From positions 36,768,001 through 36,828,000 of the forward strand of contig CM097885.1 in NCBI GenBank assembly GCA_044892525.1: a DNA stretch of 60,000 bases. Direction: 5' to 3'. Both the position numbers and the translations under genes were made by a program. The stretch's first letter is position 1; the number at the start of each line of letters is the position of its first letter. The notes beneath the pieces were generated by a model. The model saw only the letters and a list, made by a program, of their open reading frames with translations. It was not told the origin of the DNA and made no database searches. This document shows, piece by piece, positions 26,291 through 39,849 of this stretch. The stretch comes from Schmidtea polychroa. Lineage: Eukaryota.

Positions 26291-27048
26291 TCCGCAGGAA
26301 TTTTTCCAATGGGGGGGGGCAAAAATATTTTTTTACTAAGTGGACATTTTTTCTAGGGGGGAAGAGAGTTGAAAAAAAATGCATGTGTATAATAAATATT
26401 TGGGGTATTATACAAAATAGGATTTTTTTTAAATTTATTTACAAAATGGAACATTTTTTATAACCAGAACGTCAGTTAATATTGAAAGTTTTTATACAAA
26501 TAAGATGATATAATTAATTAAGATATAATTAATAACATTATAAAAACAGGAAGCCTCTTTAGATTAAATTTTTTTATTAATTTTTTTGTCTTGGGTTTCT
26601 CCAACATTGTCTATCAAAAATGTGTTTAAATTAATCAAAAAATAGAATGGTTGGGGAAATTCAGGGGGGCCGATTTCTACCTAAATTTCATAAATTACCA
26701 ATGAAATGTTTTTATAAAATGACCATGTAGATCTCACAAATCATTCTCAAGTTCTGGATAACTATCGACTGAAGCAATTGATTAATATTAGTAAACACAA
26801 TTTTGTGGAAAATTTATTAGAATCTTGTTTGATTTCAACTTTTGTGAGTTTTAAAAGTTTAAAAAATTTTTAAACTTCTATAATTTTTAAAGTTTGAATA
26901 TAAAAATACAGAATTTTGTAAATTTTTAGCGAAATTAATTTTTAAAAAAATTAATGAATTAGTTAATTAGTTTGTTTAAAAAAAGAGCAATTTATATTGA
27001 TTTAGTTTGATTTCAATTCTACCCGAAGATGATAGTGATTCTGTCGAA

Positions 27049-27079
<31 letters not shown>

Positions 27080-27716
27080 AATCGATGTCATTATTTAGCG
27101 ATTGTTATATTAAATATATTTTAAGTTCAATTATTAAATTGATGAAAGCAAGAGTCAGAGGCACTACATATAGTATTGTTAAATTATTTTAAAATAAGCA
27201 AATAATGATATAAATAATAATAAAATTTAAAATAATAAAAAGATATTATGCCAGTGTATGATAAACTAATATAATTGCATGAGTAATAAATTTGCAATAC
27301 AAGTGTGTAATTAACAAGGACTTTGCAATAAATGTGCATAATTAACAAGACACTAAAAATATCATCCTTGCATTTCGTCGAAGATGATTATGATAGTAAT
27401 ATCAGAGGGGAATCAATCGACAGAAAAGCATCATTTAGTGATTATTATTTGTTATATGAATATTTTATGATTTGTAAATTTTCATATATATAAAAAATTC
27501 TATTATAAAAATTAATACAAAATAATAATAATAAATTAATAGTCATAAAACAATAATATTAATAATAATCATAATAATAAAACAAACTGAATTAATAATA
27601 AATGTGTTTTAATAAAAAAGTATTCCAATATATAAAACAATAATATTTTATAAAAACAAAAAAGTAAAAATCCTCAGTAGTGGGGGGATTGCCCCGGTGG
27701 CCCCATATCTATCTAC

Positions 27717-28633
27717 TGTTGGGTTTTTATTTGAAAGTCTGTTCTCTCGCTGACTCCCCGTGTTCTTATTCAACCAAATAAATCAAACCCTACTCAGAAT
27801 AATTTTATTCAATCTTTATCACAATTACATTTTGTCACTATTTGCACCTTTCTCTCCAGATAATTTTCCACTCGATAAGGTAGAAAACCCAAGGGCCAAT
27901 AACCTTTTCTTGTACGAGTTTTACCTTTTTGGAATTACTAGATTTTTTCTTTCGATTACTTTCGTCGGATTTCTGCTTCTCTTTTTTCTTATTCTTAGAC
28001 CAAATTTCTTAGCTCCCTTTTTATACTGTTTATGAGAGACCAATTATTTAGAGCATTGGTCTTCAAATTTTAAAATTTTACAATATAGATTTTATTTAAG
28101 TTTTTTTATGAAATTCTTGAAATTTTTATTTATGTTTTTTTGTTGAGAAATGAAGCAATTTCTTTTAAATTATTGATTTTTTTGGAACCCTTGAGGGATT
28201 TCATGGAACACAGTTTGAAGACCACTGATCTAGAGCTTTGTGCTTTATTATTTCCCCGGGAATCTTAAATAAATATTGGAGGGTTTTTTGATCGTTTTAA
28301 CTTGTTTACCCTTCATTAGGGCTACAAATATTCCCTCTTTTATCTTATTGCTCGGGCTTCACATTGGCTTGGGTTTTCCATTATCGAGTAATTAATTTAA
28401 TTATTTTTTAATTAATTATTTCTTTTGCACTAACTCTCCCAGTGAACCTTATCAAATTTTCGTTATAATTTCTAAACTCGTCTATCAATTTAGCGTTCAA
28501 CCATACCCCGTTCAATATTGATTTTTGATTTTTAGTAAATTTTAAATAATTTTGCACTTTTAGTGATTTTACCATTATTTGTTATGCTTTCCTTTTATAT
28601 ATGAATTTTTGGATTTTTGCGCTAACCCGAACA
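27717..28633. mobile_element. Solo LTR (gypsy-like)
   Basis: TGTTGGG...CCCGAACA with 4-bp TSD CTAC; homologous to the inverted LTR at 34323-35364. Confidence 0.85.
28054..28227. mobile_element. hAT-type MITE inside the solo LTR
   Basis: TIR CATTGGTCTTCAAA / TTTGAAGACCACTG; TSD ATTTAGAG/ATCTAGAG. Confidence 0.8.
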
Positions 28634-28861
28634 CTACTCATAATTGTTGGTTATTCAACTGCTCCTCTATTAAAGTCAATATGGATTGTGAAACACGAAT
28701 ATGATGAGATTGTCAAATATCAGTGGAAAATCTTAAGTATTTACACATTTCAACGTTATGTATAAACAATATAGAAATAAATATAGGTGATTCAAAAGAT
28801 TCAAAAACACATTTGACATTACATTTTCGTGAAGTATATAGGTAATTCAAATATTATTTCT

Positions 28862-29030
28862 ATGTATAGTGGTAGCTAAATTGGTGGTGATTTACCATAT
28901 TTTTTCGAAAAACATTATGGATAAGACTGGTTGGGAACAATTGGCAGATTTGCACTCTTGATTCTTAAACGTCTTGGTTAATAACTACAAAAGACGTTAT
29001 CTTGAATAAAAGGGGGATATTTTATTGGAT
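28862..29030 (+). pseudogene. Decayed Polinton small core-protein-like ORF
   Basis: MYSGS*IGGDLPYFFEKHYG*DWLGTIGRFALLILKRLG directly after the penton stop; resembles the Q.GG.LP.F.G...G.G....L.R.A.P.LK motif. Confidence 0.55.
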
Positions 29031-30345
29031 TTCTGGAAAATCAAAATATTTTAGCCGAATTTTTTAAATTGTCTTTATCTGGGGTTGAAAGTAGTTATGT
29101 CTGTCATGAAAATTTGAAAGTTGAGCGAACATTAACTCACTTGGAAGTTTTTTGTTATAATGACCTTGATCTACTTAATGACTCATACATTTGTTATATA
29201 AGGTCAATGATAACTACATTGTCTTTGTCTCAATTAACTTGACCTGTTATTATACCATGAGTTATTGTCCTTGTTTTGATATAAGCTCACAGCAGTATGA
29301 GTCATCCAAAATTACAATTTATCGTGGGCTCACTTCTACCTACTTACTCTGACTTATTCTATCTTTTATATTCAAAAAACGAGACCCAACACGAAACATT
29401 TTATTATCACCACAGTGTTAACATAAAGGTTCGGTTTCTCAAAAATTATAATTTCAATAACTCTACGACTACTTTACAATATTACAGATAACCGCCTAGA
29501 CCTTTACTAATCTGCCAGCGCAAATAAGTAATTTTATTAAAATTTTCCTTTTTCTAAAAGACGCTCTAATTCAATATTGCTCCTAGTTGACGTTTCTGAG
29601 TTTTTCTACTTTGAGCATACTGGAAGTTTAAAATGTATTTGCTAGTTCTTACATAGGATTAAGACAACATTATTTAACTCCCACTTTGTTCATTTCCAAG
29701 AAGTAAAAATATTTAATTTTGAAAGCCTACTATGGGCCAATGATTAAATTTATCTTATCTTTGCTTGGCTGTTATGCCTGTTAGACTTGAAAATTATGTT
29801 ATCCAACTGACACATTTAATATAGTCATTATAAGTTCAGTTAATAAATAAATTAGTTTATATTTTTTAAATAACGCTGTTTAGGGACCTCATTCATTATA
29901 AAACTAGTTATATTCTTAAATAACTTTTCATTTATTACCCCCTCATACATCCACAACGTGAAATATTGATATTTCAAATTTTTAACCACTTAATGTACAC
30001 ATTTAATTTGAATTTTTGGTCAAAAAATGATCGAAATTTTGTAATAGAAAAAGCATTTAGTACAGGTGTCTATACAAATATTAGAACTCACCCACGTCTT
30101 AAACTATCATGTAAAATCACGTAAGTAAATATAATGTTCGTCCGTCTATGTCACGAGCACGTACAAAATTTCCAGTACGATGCACCCGTATATGTCACGG
30201 GCATGTACTTTAAGTAGTTAATTAATGTTAAACACGTAATTATCTTTTTTAAATTTTATTTAAATTTTAGCGTTTAAATTTTATTTTTTAAATTTTAAAA
30301 TTTATTTATCAAAAATGCAATATTTGAATTATCAGAGAAAAAAAT

Positions 30346-30777
30346 TTAAACAAACAAAATATTAAAAGTATTATTAAATGATAAAGGCTTCAAAATTGTC
30401 AATAAGAAATCATCTAAAAAAATTAAATATAAATCGTATGTATATTTATAAACCTCTTCAAATTTGAATAATCTATTAACTCGACAGTGCAGACCACACT
30501 TAGTTGATCCGCATTTGCGACAGGAGTTGAAACATCCAGGGCATTTTTCATTGAGACAATCACATAAATCCTGTCCCGTGTTCATCAGTTTCCCTTCTGA
30601 ATCGTACAAACGTTTATCATTGTTCATTTTCCTAAATATTATTTTTAAATTCAAAGTTTGGGCTGTTATTTACATTGTTTTGCATTTTCTATCCTTTGAC
30701 TTATGACTCGTAGATTTGGCCAATATCCCTGGGACATTATTCTGATACTCAAGGATTTTAATTTTTTTTGATCTCAT
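30346..30777 (-). CDS. ARL14EP: ARL14 effector protein-like (ARF7EP C-terminal Cys-rich domain)
   Basis: Exon 1 MRSKKIKILEYQNNVPG.. splices in frame to LYDSEGKLMNTGQDLCDCLNEKCPGCFNSCRKCGSTKCGLHCRVNR. The 3' end is ambiguous (stop at 30399 if spliced, 30346 if not). Confidence 0.85.
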
Positions 30778-32506
30778 TTATTTTCAATAAAAAAAATTTA
30801 TTATTAAAACAAAAATATAATGTTAATTGTTAATATTCATACCTCACTATATCATTAAAACATTTAAGATTTTTATAATGAAAAATTTGAAAAAAAATTC
30901 ATTACTTGATTTTAAAATAAAATTTAATAAAATAAATTTGAATCATTAATTTTTATTTAATTATTGATAAAAATAAGACTTATCAAAATATATAATTCTC
31001 TAGGTATGTTTGTCTATAACGCAATATTTATTATGGATTTCATAGAATGGATTTTTATAATATAACTCACATACCTAGAAAATTATTCAATCAATATAAT
31101 TTTCAATTGTGCAAGAATTTGTATGAAATTTTTAGTGAATTAAAATAAATATGAATTAGAACACATGTCAAAGCATTTTTTGAATTTACGAGTGTTATTA
31201 CACTAAGAAAATGATGTGATTTGATTGAAAAAATATGATATCTAAACAAAAGTCCGTCAATTTTGTCGAGTTATAGCTAGCTTTTTAAATAATGACCTAA
31301 TATTTTTATATTTTGATAATATAAACAAAATAAAATTGATTAACATCTGACAAAGGTTGCACCGAAAATTATTGGTTATCTTCAAAAATTGCGATATGAA
31401 AGAAGTTAATTTACAAATTAGAACAAAGAAAAAGGATTATGATCATATAATTATGAAAATTTCTTAACCACCCCATAAAAAGTGCAAATTATTGACCACT
31501 AAAGAAATGTAATGAAATTATAAGGAAGAAATTATAAAATAAATTGAATAATTTTAAGTTTTGTAATTTTCAAAATATATTTTATTTAATTTGAAAATAT
31601 TGACAAATATGCTTTGGAAAACTCGAAGATCTGATCCAGAACCGTCTTATCGATTGTAATAGCATAATGGAACCATTAGAACGGGAGGACCTCCGTATAT
31701 ATAATAAATAAATTACTTTATTTAAATTAATAATTAGAGTCTTTTGGAATGTTGAATACAGCAAAGATTAAAGCTTAGGTTAATCAACAAGTAATGTGAT
31801 CCACTTTATTAATTGGTATGAATTTGCATTTGTCTGCAAAGATTGGCATATTTTCTAACATGTATATGATGATTTGTTTAAAGAAAAAATTGCAGCAGCT
31901 TAGTTGACAAATAATGTACAAGATTTGGATGATGTTTCAGAAGAACCTGACATGTTTTAATTGTAAGATGAATAAATATTTCTTTTACATGAATTAATTG
32001 TAAAATTAATTTTAACAAATTTATAAAATATTTATATTTGCTAAGATTAAAAGGTTCTTAGACTGGCATAGAAATAATAAAATTTATGGAACCAAATTCT
32101 TTATAATCAGTAAGACAGATATGTACAAATTATTTCTCATTATAAATTCTATTAACAGTGAGCTTCTTTTTCCAACAGTCCACCATTTTTTGAAATAAAT
32201 TATAATATGCATTGTTCCTCTTGCTTCTACAGTAGAGAATCTATTCTACTCGTGGAAAAACGAAGTGTGATAAGTACTAGAAAAATCGTCATATTGCACA
32301 TTTTTATGATCAAAAAATTCCCTCATCAATTATTATTGCCCACAAGTTGTGTCCTTATATGTGTATTTTTTATTATAGGGTTCTTACACTTCTCTAGTGT
32401 TTGTCAAATTGTATTTTATTTGTGACTTTTTTTGGTACTAATTCCCATAACTTATGCTGGTACCCTTAATTTTTTACATATTTTAATATATATATATATA
32501 TATATA

Positions 32507-33278
<772 letters not shown>

Positions 33279-33445
33279 GCTTAGGAAAATTTCAACATTT
33301 CAGGATCATTCAACACAACATACTATAAATTCATTTAAAATTGTTTTTTAAAATTTAATATCTCAGGTGTAATGTAATTCCAACACAGAAGTGAGTTTAT
33401 ATGTTTCTTATAATATATTTTATTGATTATTTTTAGATTATAGAC

Positions 33446-33837
33446 CAGGGGTTCCCAACCTTTTCATAGTACCGTACCTGTACGTTGTAAAAGTTTGATG
33501 GCGTACCGGTAAACCTAATTTTTTTAATGGGGTATAAAATGCAATGGATATTTGTAATAAAGACAAGTAACTTGGGATATATATATATATATCTATCCTT
33601 GGTTTTCAACTCAGTTATTGCAGAAAATCTTGTTTCATTTAAATATGTTGTCGCAAATGGCATTAAAAATTTTAGAAAATTAGAAATCGTAAAATATTAA
33701 AATGTATAGGTTATTGTAGCCATGTTTTTTTTTGCAAAACAAATTTTTGTTTTATATATAGTAAAGTAATTCGCGTACTGGTAGCTGCTTGCCCGCGTAC
33801 AGGTACTGGTACGCATATCCAAGGTTGGGAATCCTTG
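33446..33837 (-). mobile_element. hAT (Charlie/Buster-type) deletion derivative
   Basis: TIR CAGGGGTTCCCAACC / GGTTGGGAATCCTTG; perfect TSD TTATAGAC; remnant PFATTYL.E..FS...LKTK.R. Confidence 0.9.
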
Positions 33838-34322
33838 TTATAGACGATATTAGTGTAATAATAAATTTTAATAACATTTTTAAAATTATTCAGTTTAGAA
33901 ATCATTGAGAAAGCATCCTATCATGCTTTTCTTTTGCGTGGCAACTCCCTTTATTTATTTGAAGCATCGCGAAAATTCCACTACTTCATCATAACAAATT
34001 AACAAATTTATGACATTAACATTTTATGCATTCACAAAAGGAACGATAGGTTGTGGATATTGATAACTGCAATTTAAAAATTTATTTTAATTCACAAAAA
34101 GTTTTCAAGATCGATTTAAATTGTCTGACATTCGTGAAAACTGAATATTTAAACAAATTTATTGTCACAATCATATCGTACCAATTTTAAGTTTGTCAGA
34201 AATGAATAAGTTTTCTGGACGAAGGTGTATCGAGAAAATAGCATGCAATTATAGCACTAAGTAAAGTTAAAAACAAACATGTGAAAACATCAATTAAACC
34301 CAATAGATTGAGTAAAAACAAC

Positions 34323-35364
34323 TGTTGAGGTCCGTAAATTAAAATAAATTTAAATGAAATTCAGGTTAATAATTTAAATAAAAAGTAAGTGGAGAAAAAA
34401 AAGACAAATAAAAGCGGGATCATGCACGGAAGCGATAGTAAAGGAAAGTGTGATGGAAGCAGTATTAGAAAATGCCAAAAGCAATTGCGAAAGGCTAGAA
34501 TCCGGAAATCCGAGAAAAATCAATAAATTGGAAAATCATCGAAATCGAATTGGGAAAACGGGACAGGTATAGATTAGCTGATGGTCAACAAGATGATGAT
34601 TAGGGATTTATCAGAAAATGGTTAGGAAGGATCGAAAAGCATTCAAATGTGTAAAAACTGGAAATGTTAATTAATTAATAAATTGGCTAATAGAAAACCC
34701 GAGCCAATAGAGAACCTGAGAGATGAAGGAAACCCAAGCTGGGTAAACAAGAAGAAAAGTAAACAGAAGGAAGATTTGGACCCATTAGCTTGACACAATG
34801 ATTAATTGGAAAAGAGCAAGGAGAAGATATTGCGTGTAGAAAGGCCGGAAGGGCCATTAATTATCTTGGTTCGTTGGACCATTATGGGTGACAGCCGAAG
34901 CAGATACGTGGAAGCAAATGTCAAGTGAAAGATTGGCTCAGCAATAATCATTTGTCATCCCGATTTCGAGGCGTATACAAGGAAAGGGAAAATCAGAGCA
35001 AATCGGCATTTTGTCTCAGGTAGGGTAAGGAGAAACCGAGCTTAGGAAACGGCGAAAACGAATTCAGGAGATTAGAGAAAAGAAGAGATAGAATAAGAAT
35101 AAAGAGTGAAAAGGATCAAATCAAAGAAACAAAAGGAAAACGGTGGTCAAGAGAACCTAAGAGAATAAAAGGTGAATATTATCTTTATCAAAGCATCAAC
35201 ACCGAGCGGAGAATCGGTCAAACGTAACTTTGATCATTGATTGTAAAGTGGTGAGAAAAGATTGTGAATTGTGTTATATCAATATACGTTGGGTCGTTAT
35301 TGTTTTGATTTAAAGGACACGAGGAGTCAGAGGTAACCGACTTAAATTAACCAAAAACCCAACA
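34323..35364. mobile_element. Solo LTR (gypsy-like), 1042 bp
   Basis: TGTTGAGG...CCCAACA with 4-bp TSD CAAC; related to 27717-28633 in opposite orientation. Confidence 0.85.
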
Positions 35365-35914
35365 CAACACCAAAATCATAAATACAAAAGTAAAACATAA
35401 AATCAATAACAAATCCAAGAAGTATCACAAGAAATAGACAAAAACATAACAAAAATAAATAACATAATTGAAACACATTCAAATTCAAAGCGATAGTAGG
35501 AAATTAAAAATAGGAATAAAAGATTTATAAAAAAAGAATCTGAAAAAATAGTAAAATATAGAAATGTAATTTAAATAAATTTAATCCAAAAATTAAGAAG
35601 AAATGCTAAAAAATTCGCGAAATTCATCATGAATTCGCATTTGAACATAATATTTTTAATAATATATTTAATAAAAATGAAATATTTTTCAATCGATTTC
35701 TTGGAGTTTAGTTTCTTTTATTTTCAAATGCTTTTTGATCTTCCCTTTCATTTCCTTTTTCTTACTTCTCATTGGTTAAAAATTAACTTTTTTTGAAGAA
35801 TTTTAAAAATTGTTTATTAAATATTCTTTAAAATTCATAACAAAACAATAAAAAAATTATAAGTTTTTAAAGCTTTTAAAATTAGGTCATAGAAATCTCT
35901 TTAAATAAATAATA

Positions 35915-37661
35915 CAGTAGATTTCGCTTATAGAGAACTTGCTTAAAGAGAACAAAATCGGTTAAAGAGAATTTTTTGGTTTAAAAACGGCATTTACCCC
36001 AATTTTTCAGTGTAAATGTTCTCTTTAACCGATGATCGGTTATTTTTTTATTTTGGGTTTATTTTTTTCGAAATACAGTTTATTTTAGACAGTAAACATA
36101 TAATTTAATTATTTTTGTTTTAAAAAGGTAATTGATTAAATGGTGACCTGATTAAAGGTTATTTGATTAATTGAAAATATTATTTTACTTAAAAATTGTA
36201 GGCCATAATGAAATCAAGTTCTAGGACAATTCTAACACTCAAACAGAAATTTGAAATCATAGCACTTTTTGAGAAAGGAGAAAGCCAAGCATCATTGGCC
36301 AGAAAATATAAAATATCACCTTCATCAATATCAAACATTTGTCACAAGAAAAGGGAAGAAATACTTGAGGCCTACAGTTCCAGGCCTTCATCAACCAAGA
36401 AACTGAAACAATCTTTTCATGATGATTTAGATATTCAGTTAAGGGATTGGTATTTGCTGCAACGATCCAAAAAGATTCCCATTAACAGTGTATTACTTAT
36501 TGAAAAAGCTGATCAAATTGCCAAATACCTAAAGATTCAAGATTTTACTTGCACAATGAGTTGGATCCAACGTTTTAAAACTCGGCATTCTCTTGTTTTC
36601 GGATCTATTTCTGGAGAAGCTGGTGATGTAAAAAATGAGTTGGTGGCGTCGTGGCTTAAAAATGAGTGGCCGGAAATTAGGAAAGGTTATGGTAACAAAG
36701 ATATTTTTAATGCAGACGAAACGGGATTATTTTACAGGCTTTTACCAAATAAAACAATTAAGGTTAAAGGAGAAAGGTTCGTTGGAGGTCAGTTATCTAA
36801 GGATAGGATAACTTTGTTATTTTGTGCAAGTATGGAAGGTGAAAAATTGCATCCATTAATAATTGGAAAATCAAAAAATCCCCCGATGTTTTAAAAATGT
36901 TGATATTACTTCCCTAAATTATAAAAACAATCAGAATGCATGGATGACGTCAATACTTTTTCAAATTGGATTGTGTCATGGGATTCTAAATTAAGAAGTA
37001 TTGGAAGAAATATTATTTTATTAGTAGATAATTGTTCTTCCCATCCTCCGTTAGGTCAATCTTTAACAAATATTGATCTAATTTTTATGCCTCCAAATAC
37101 CACAAGTAAGTTACAGCCTTTAGATGCCGGGGTTATCAATGCTTTTAAGCAGTATTATAAAAAAGGAATTGTTACAAAAATGATTCATTTTTATGATTCT
37201 TATCCAGAAGAAAAATTTAAAGTAAGTATTCTTGATGCAATTAGTATGGCTAAAACGGCTTGGTCAAAAGTTAGCTGTAATACTATAAAAATTGTTTTAG
37301 GCATGCTGGTTTCGGCGAAGTTTTTGAAGGAATGGCAATAAATGAAATATTTTCATCTGATATAGAGGAATATTTTGAAAAGCAACACTCGTTTACTGAT
37401 TTTGTTAATGCTGAAGAAAATTTAGTAACAGAAAATGTCACTGAACAGGAAGTAGAATTAAATTTGTCGCTATCTGATACGTCAGATAACAATCAATGTG
37501 TTGAGCTTCCCAACATTCATAAAGCATTTGAGTGCATGCAACAAGTAGTTCTTTTTTATTCAAATCAGGATAAAACTGGCCATTTACAAGAAAGTTTAAT
37601 AGCAATTGAATCAGATTTGGAGAAGATTTTACTCAAGAAAAAAAACCAGGCAACGTATTGA
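35915..37661 (+). mobile_element. Tigger/pogo element with near-complete transposase (36208-37661); 3' TIR not found
   Basis: TA|CAGTAGATTTCGCTTA terminus; CENP-B-type HTH domains, NADETGLFY, LLVDNCSSH, LQPLDAGVI; two frameshifts. Confidence 0.9.
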
Positions 37662-38109
37662 TATTTGTCTTAGTCTTACTATTCGCCTCTTTCGCTTTGG
37701 CTTTCAATAGGCGAATCCACCAGCCAAAACCGAATGGCGGCAAGAGGATAACAATAGTATACTCCCGGAATATCGAGAACTGTTTCTCGCCGAACCGACT
37801 AACCAGTGCGTCTTTTTCACATCAAGGAAGCTACTTAAGTGGAATAGCCAAAATTGTAAACGTAGGTTCTCATATCACAAGTTAGCCGAAAATTAGTTAT
37901 GAAGTCAAGCTCTAAACATTCTTGGATTTACTAAATGTTTATTAGAATTTAACAAAAGCTATTAATCTTTTGTGTGGAATTTAATATTTAAATTAGTAAA
38001 ACTGAGAATCAAATTTTAAAATCGGACACAGGTCAACGATCTGAGAACTCGTGCAAGTGTTTTACAATTATAGTGCAGAGAGGTGAACTCACGTTTTACG
38101 ACCCTTACA
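37662..38109. mobile_element. Possible truncated LTR abutting the Tigger 3' end
   Basis: GC-richer non-coding block ending CCCTTACA; no TSD found. Confidence 0.3.
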
Positions 38110-38202
38110 ATGACTAATATAAATAAGCTAGAGAAATTAATGATAAATTAATATATCAATTTAATAACCCAAATTTGTGAAAAAAGAAAAATGTTTATTA
38201 AA

Positions 38203-39849
38203 TCAAACAAATTTTTCAAACACCACATAATCGATAAATTGATTATACCTTTCAAATAGAATTGGGAAATAAAACGATTTTAAGACAGAACTTCTCGATT
38301 CAGTACTGAAAGGAGACAACAGCTTATATTTCATGAGCGGTCGCCATCTGTTAGTCGTCATCAATTCCCAATTGGGCTCATTAACTGTTGGCGGGCGTCC
38401 ATCAATCCTATCGACAATGAAATCACAACTGCTCAAATCAACATATCTCGATTTTTCTTCCCGATTCTGATCATTAAATGGTTGGTTCTTATCGTTTCTA
38501 GTCGCCCTGAAAATACTGGAATCGATAAATTTGCCGGGTAACTGTCCCTTGAAATCCGATTTGATGAAAGAAATATTGAAAGACGGCGATGCGGTCAAAA
38601 TGAAACTCGAGGGAAACCTATGCCATTCTCGGCCTAAACATAACGATTTCCCATCGGTACCCGCTATGTCATTGAAATGGGAATAGAGGGCCGTCGGGGC
38701 ATTGAATGACAAAATTATCGCCAATATCCGGGAGGCGCTAATCACAGTAAAAACCCCAATAAATAGTGTTGCAAGCGTCTGTTTGGGGAAATTTTTCAAA
38801 AAAGTCAACTTATTAAAAATCAATTGCCATCGATAGAGAGCAACCCCAGCGGAAACGGCAAGAAATGGATAGCATGGAAAGAGGAATCGTTCTTCTTTGT
38901 GGGCTTGGAGAAAGAATACCAAATTCCAAACAATTAATACCGACATTGACATGATTGAAACGCGATTTAGATTGCTAGCTGCTTTTTGATTGCATACGAG
39001 AACCGGAATGCTTAGCAACGCCACAAGAACAGCAATATTGAAATTTAGGAGATAATTTTTCACATAAAACATTGCTGATTCTACGCCATATAATTCCGGT
39101 CCACCGTGAGAAGTAAATACGTTATATGTGACAATATTTAGACTAGGAAATGAAACTCGTCCGTAAAACCACGAGTCAATCGTTATTGATGAAATTGTGA
39201 AAATAATTCCCCAAAATAAAGCCGATTTAATAAATAATAAAAATTTCCGTTGAAATAATAAAATATCTATTGCAAACGGAATTCCAATTGCGGCAGAAAA
39301 TGGCCAACCAAGTATTGCACTGGCTGCAACTGCGGCAATCATTACATTATAATCTTGTCTCAACCAACGTGACAAGGCAAGTAGAGAACAATAAAATGCA
39401 AAACTACTTGGAAGAAATGCTGTTGAAGCAATAAATGATCCGGCTGATAACATTAAAATCATTATGCTATAAATAGACACAATGGCTTCATTTTCATTTT
39501 TTAGATAATTTTTGAAGCTTTTATATAAATCAAATTCCAGTAAAGAAGTAACACTAGCCATATAAATACGAATTAAATAAAATAGGAATCGATTAGAAAC
39601 TGATTTGAAGATTAATTTCAACAGAACTGCAGGCCAGCCATAAATTAAAAGATAGAGATAAGAGCGTAGACCATAATTAGGAGAATATTCCCAAGTTTGA
39701 AAACCTTTACCGTTGATAATAAAATATAGAGGTTCCCAGTAGTTATATGTTTCATCACAATCACTGATAATATTCCAAATAACGCTTATTAAATTAACTG
39801 TGAGGGCCACTTTGAATAATGTTTTTGGTGAAAGCAATTCAGAACCCAT
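38203..39849 (-). CDS. ALG9: Alpha-1,2-mannosyltransferase ALG9 (GT22), intronless
   Basis: 548-aa ORF with ISDCDETYNYWEP, FQTWEYSP, AFLPSSF, HKEERFLFP, CLGREWHRFPSSF and NDQNREE..RY. Confidence 0.96.
   Translation of the reverse strand: MGSELLSPKTLFKVALTVNLISVIWNIISDCDETYNYWEPLYFIINGKGFQTWEYSPNYGLRSYLYLLIYGWPAVLLKLIFKSVSNRFLFYLIRIYMASVTSLLEFDLYKSFKNYLKNENEAIVSIYSIMILMLSAGSFIASTAFLPSSFAFYCSLLALSRWLRQDYNVMIAAVAASAILGWPFSAAIGIPFAIDILLFQRKFLLFIKSALFWGIIFTISSITIDSWFYGRVSFPSLNIVTYNVFTSHGGPELYGVESAMFYVKNYLLNFNIAVLVALLSIPVLVCNQKAASNLNRVSIMSMSVLIVWNLVFFLQAHKEERFLFPCYPFLAVSAGVALYRWQLIFNKLTFLKNFPKQTLATLFIGVFTVISASRILAIILSFNAPTALYSHFNDIAGTDGKSLCLGREWHRFPSSFILTASPSFNISFIKSDFKGQLPGKFIDSSIFRATRNDKNQPFNDQNREEKSRYVDLSSCDFIVDRIDGRPPTVNEPNWELMTTNRWRPLMKYKLLSPFSTESRSSVLKSFYFPILFERYNQFIDYVVFEKFV

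Larger units (their letters stand above)
24353..28638. mobile_element. Non-autonomous Polinton-type element (AGTAG termini, 6-bp TSD)
   Basis: Left end AGTAGATAGATATGGGCCA. Right end TGGCCCCATATCTATCTAC|T is split by a solo LTR. TSD CATAAT at 24347-52 and 28639-44. Confidence 0.75.
24195..28845 (+). pseudogene. Polinton/Maverick-type minor capsid (penton) gene remnant, split by a 4.3-kb insertion
   Basis: Joining 24352 to 28645 reads SIYIDIIESIIVGYSTAPLLKSI, then (frameshifted) YLHIS..INNIEINI.D..THLTLHFRE*. This resembles the Y.DII....VG...APLL / IEI.I.D / TLHFR signature of this family. Confidence 0.7.

Noticed and set aside
30140..30220. Two tandem hairpin motifs resembling Helitron 3' ends
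   Set aside because: No exact CTRR terminus or 5' end; too weak to call.
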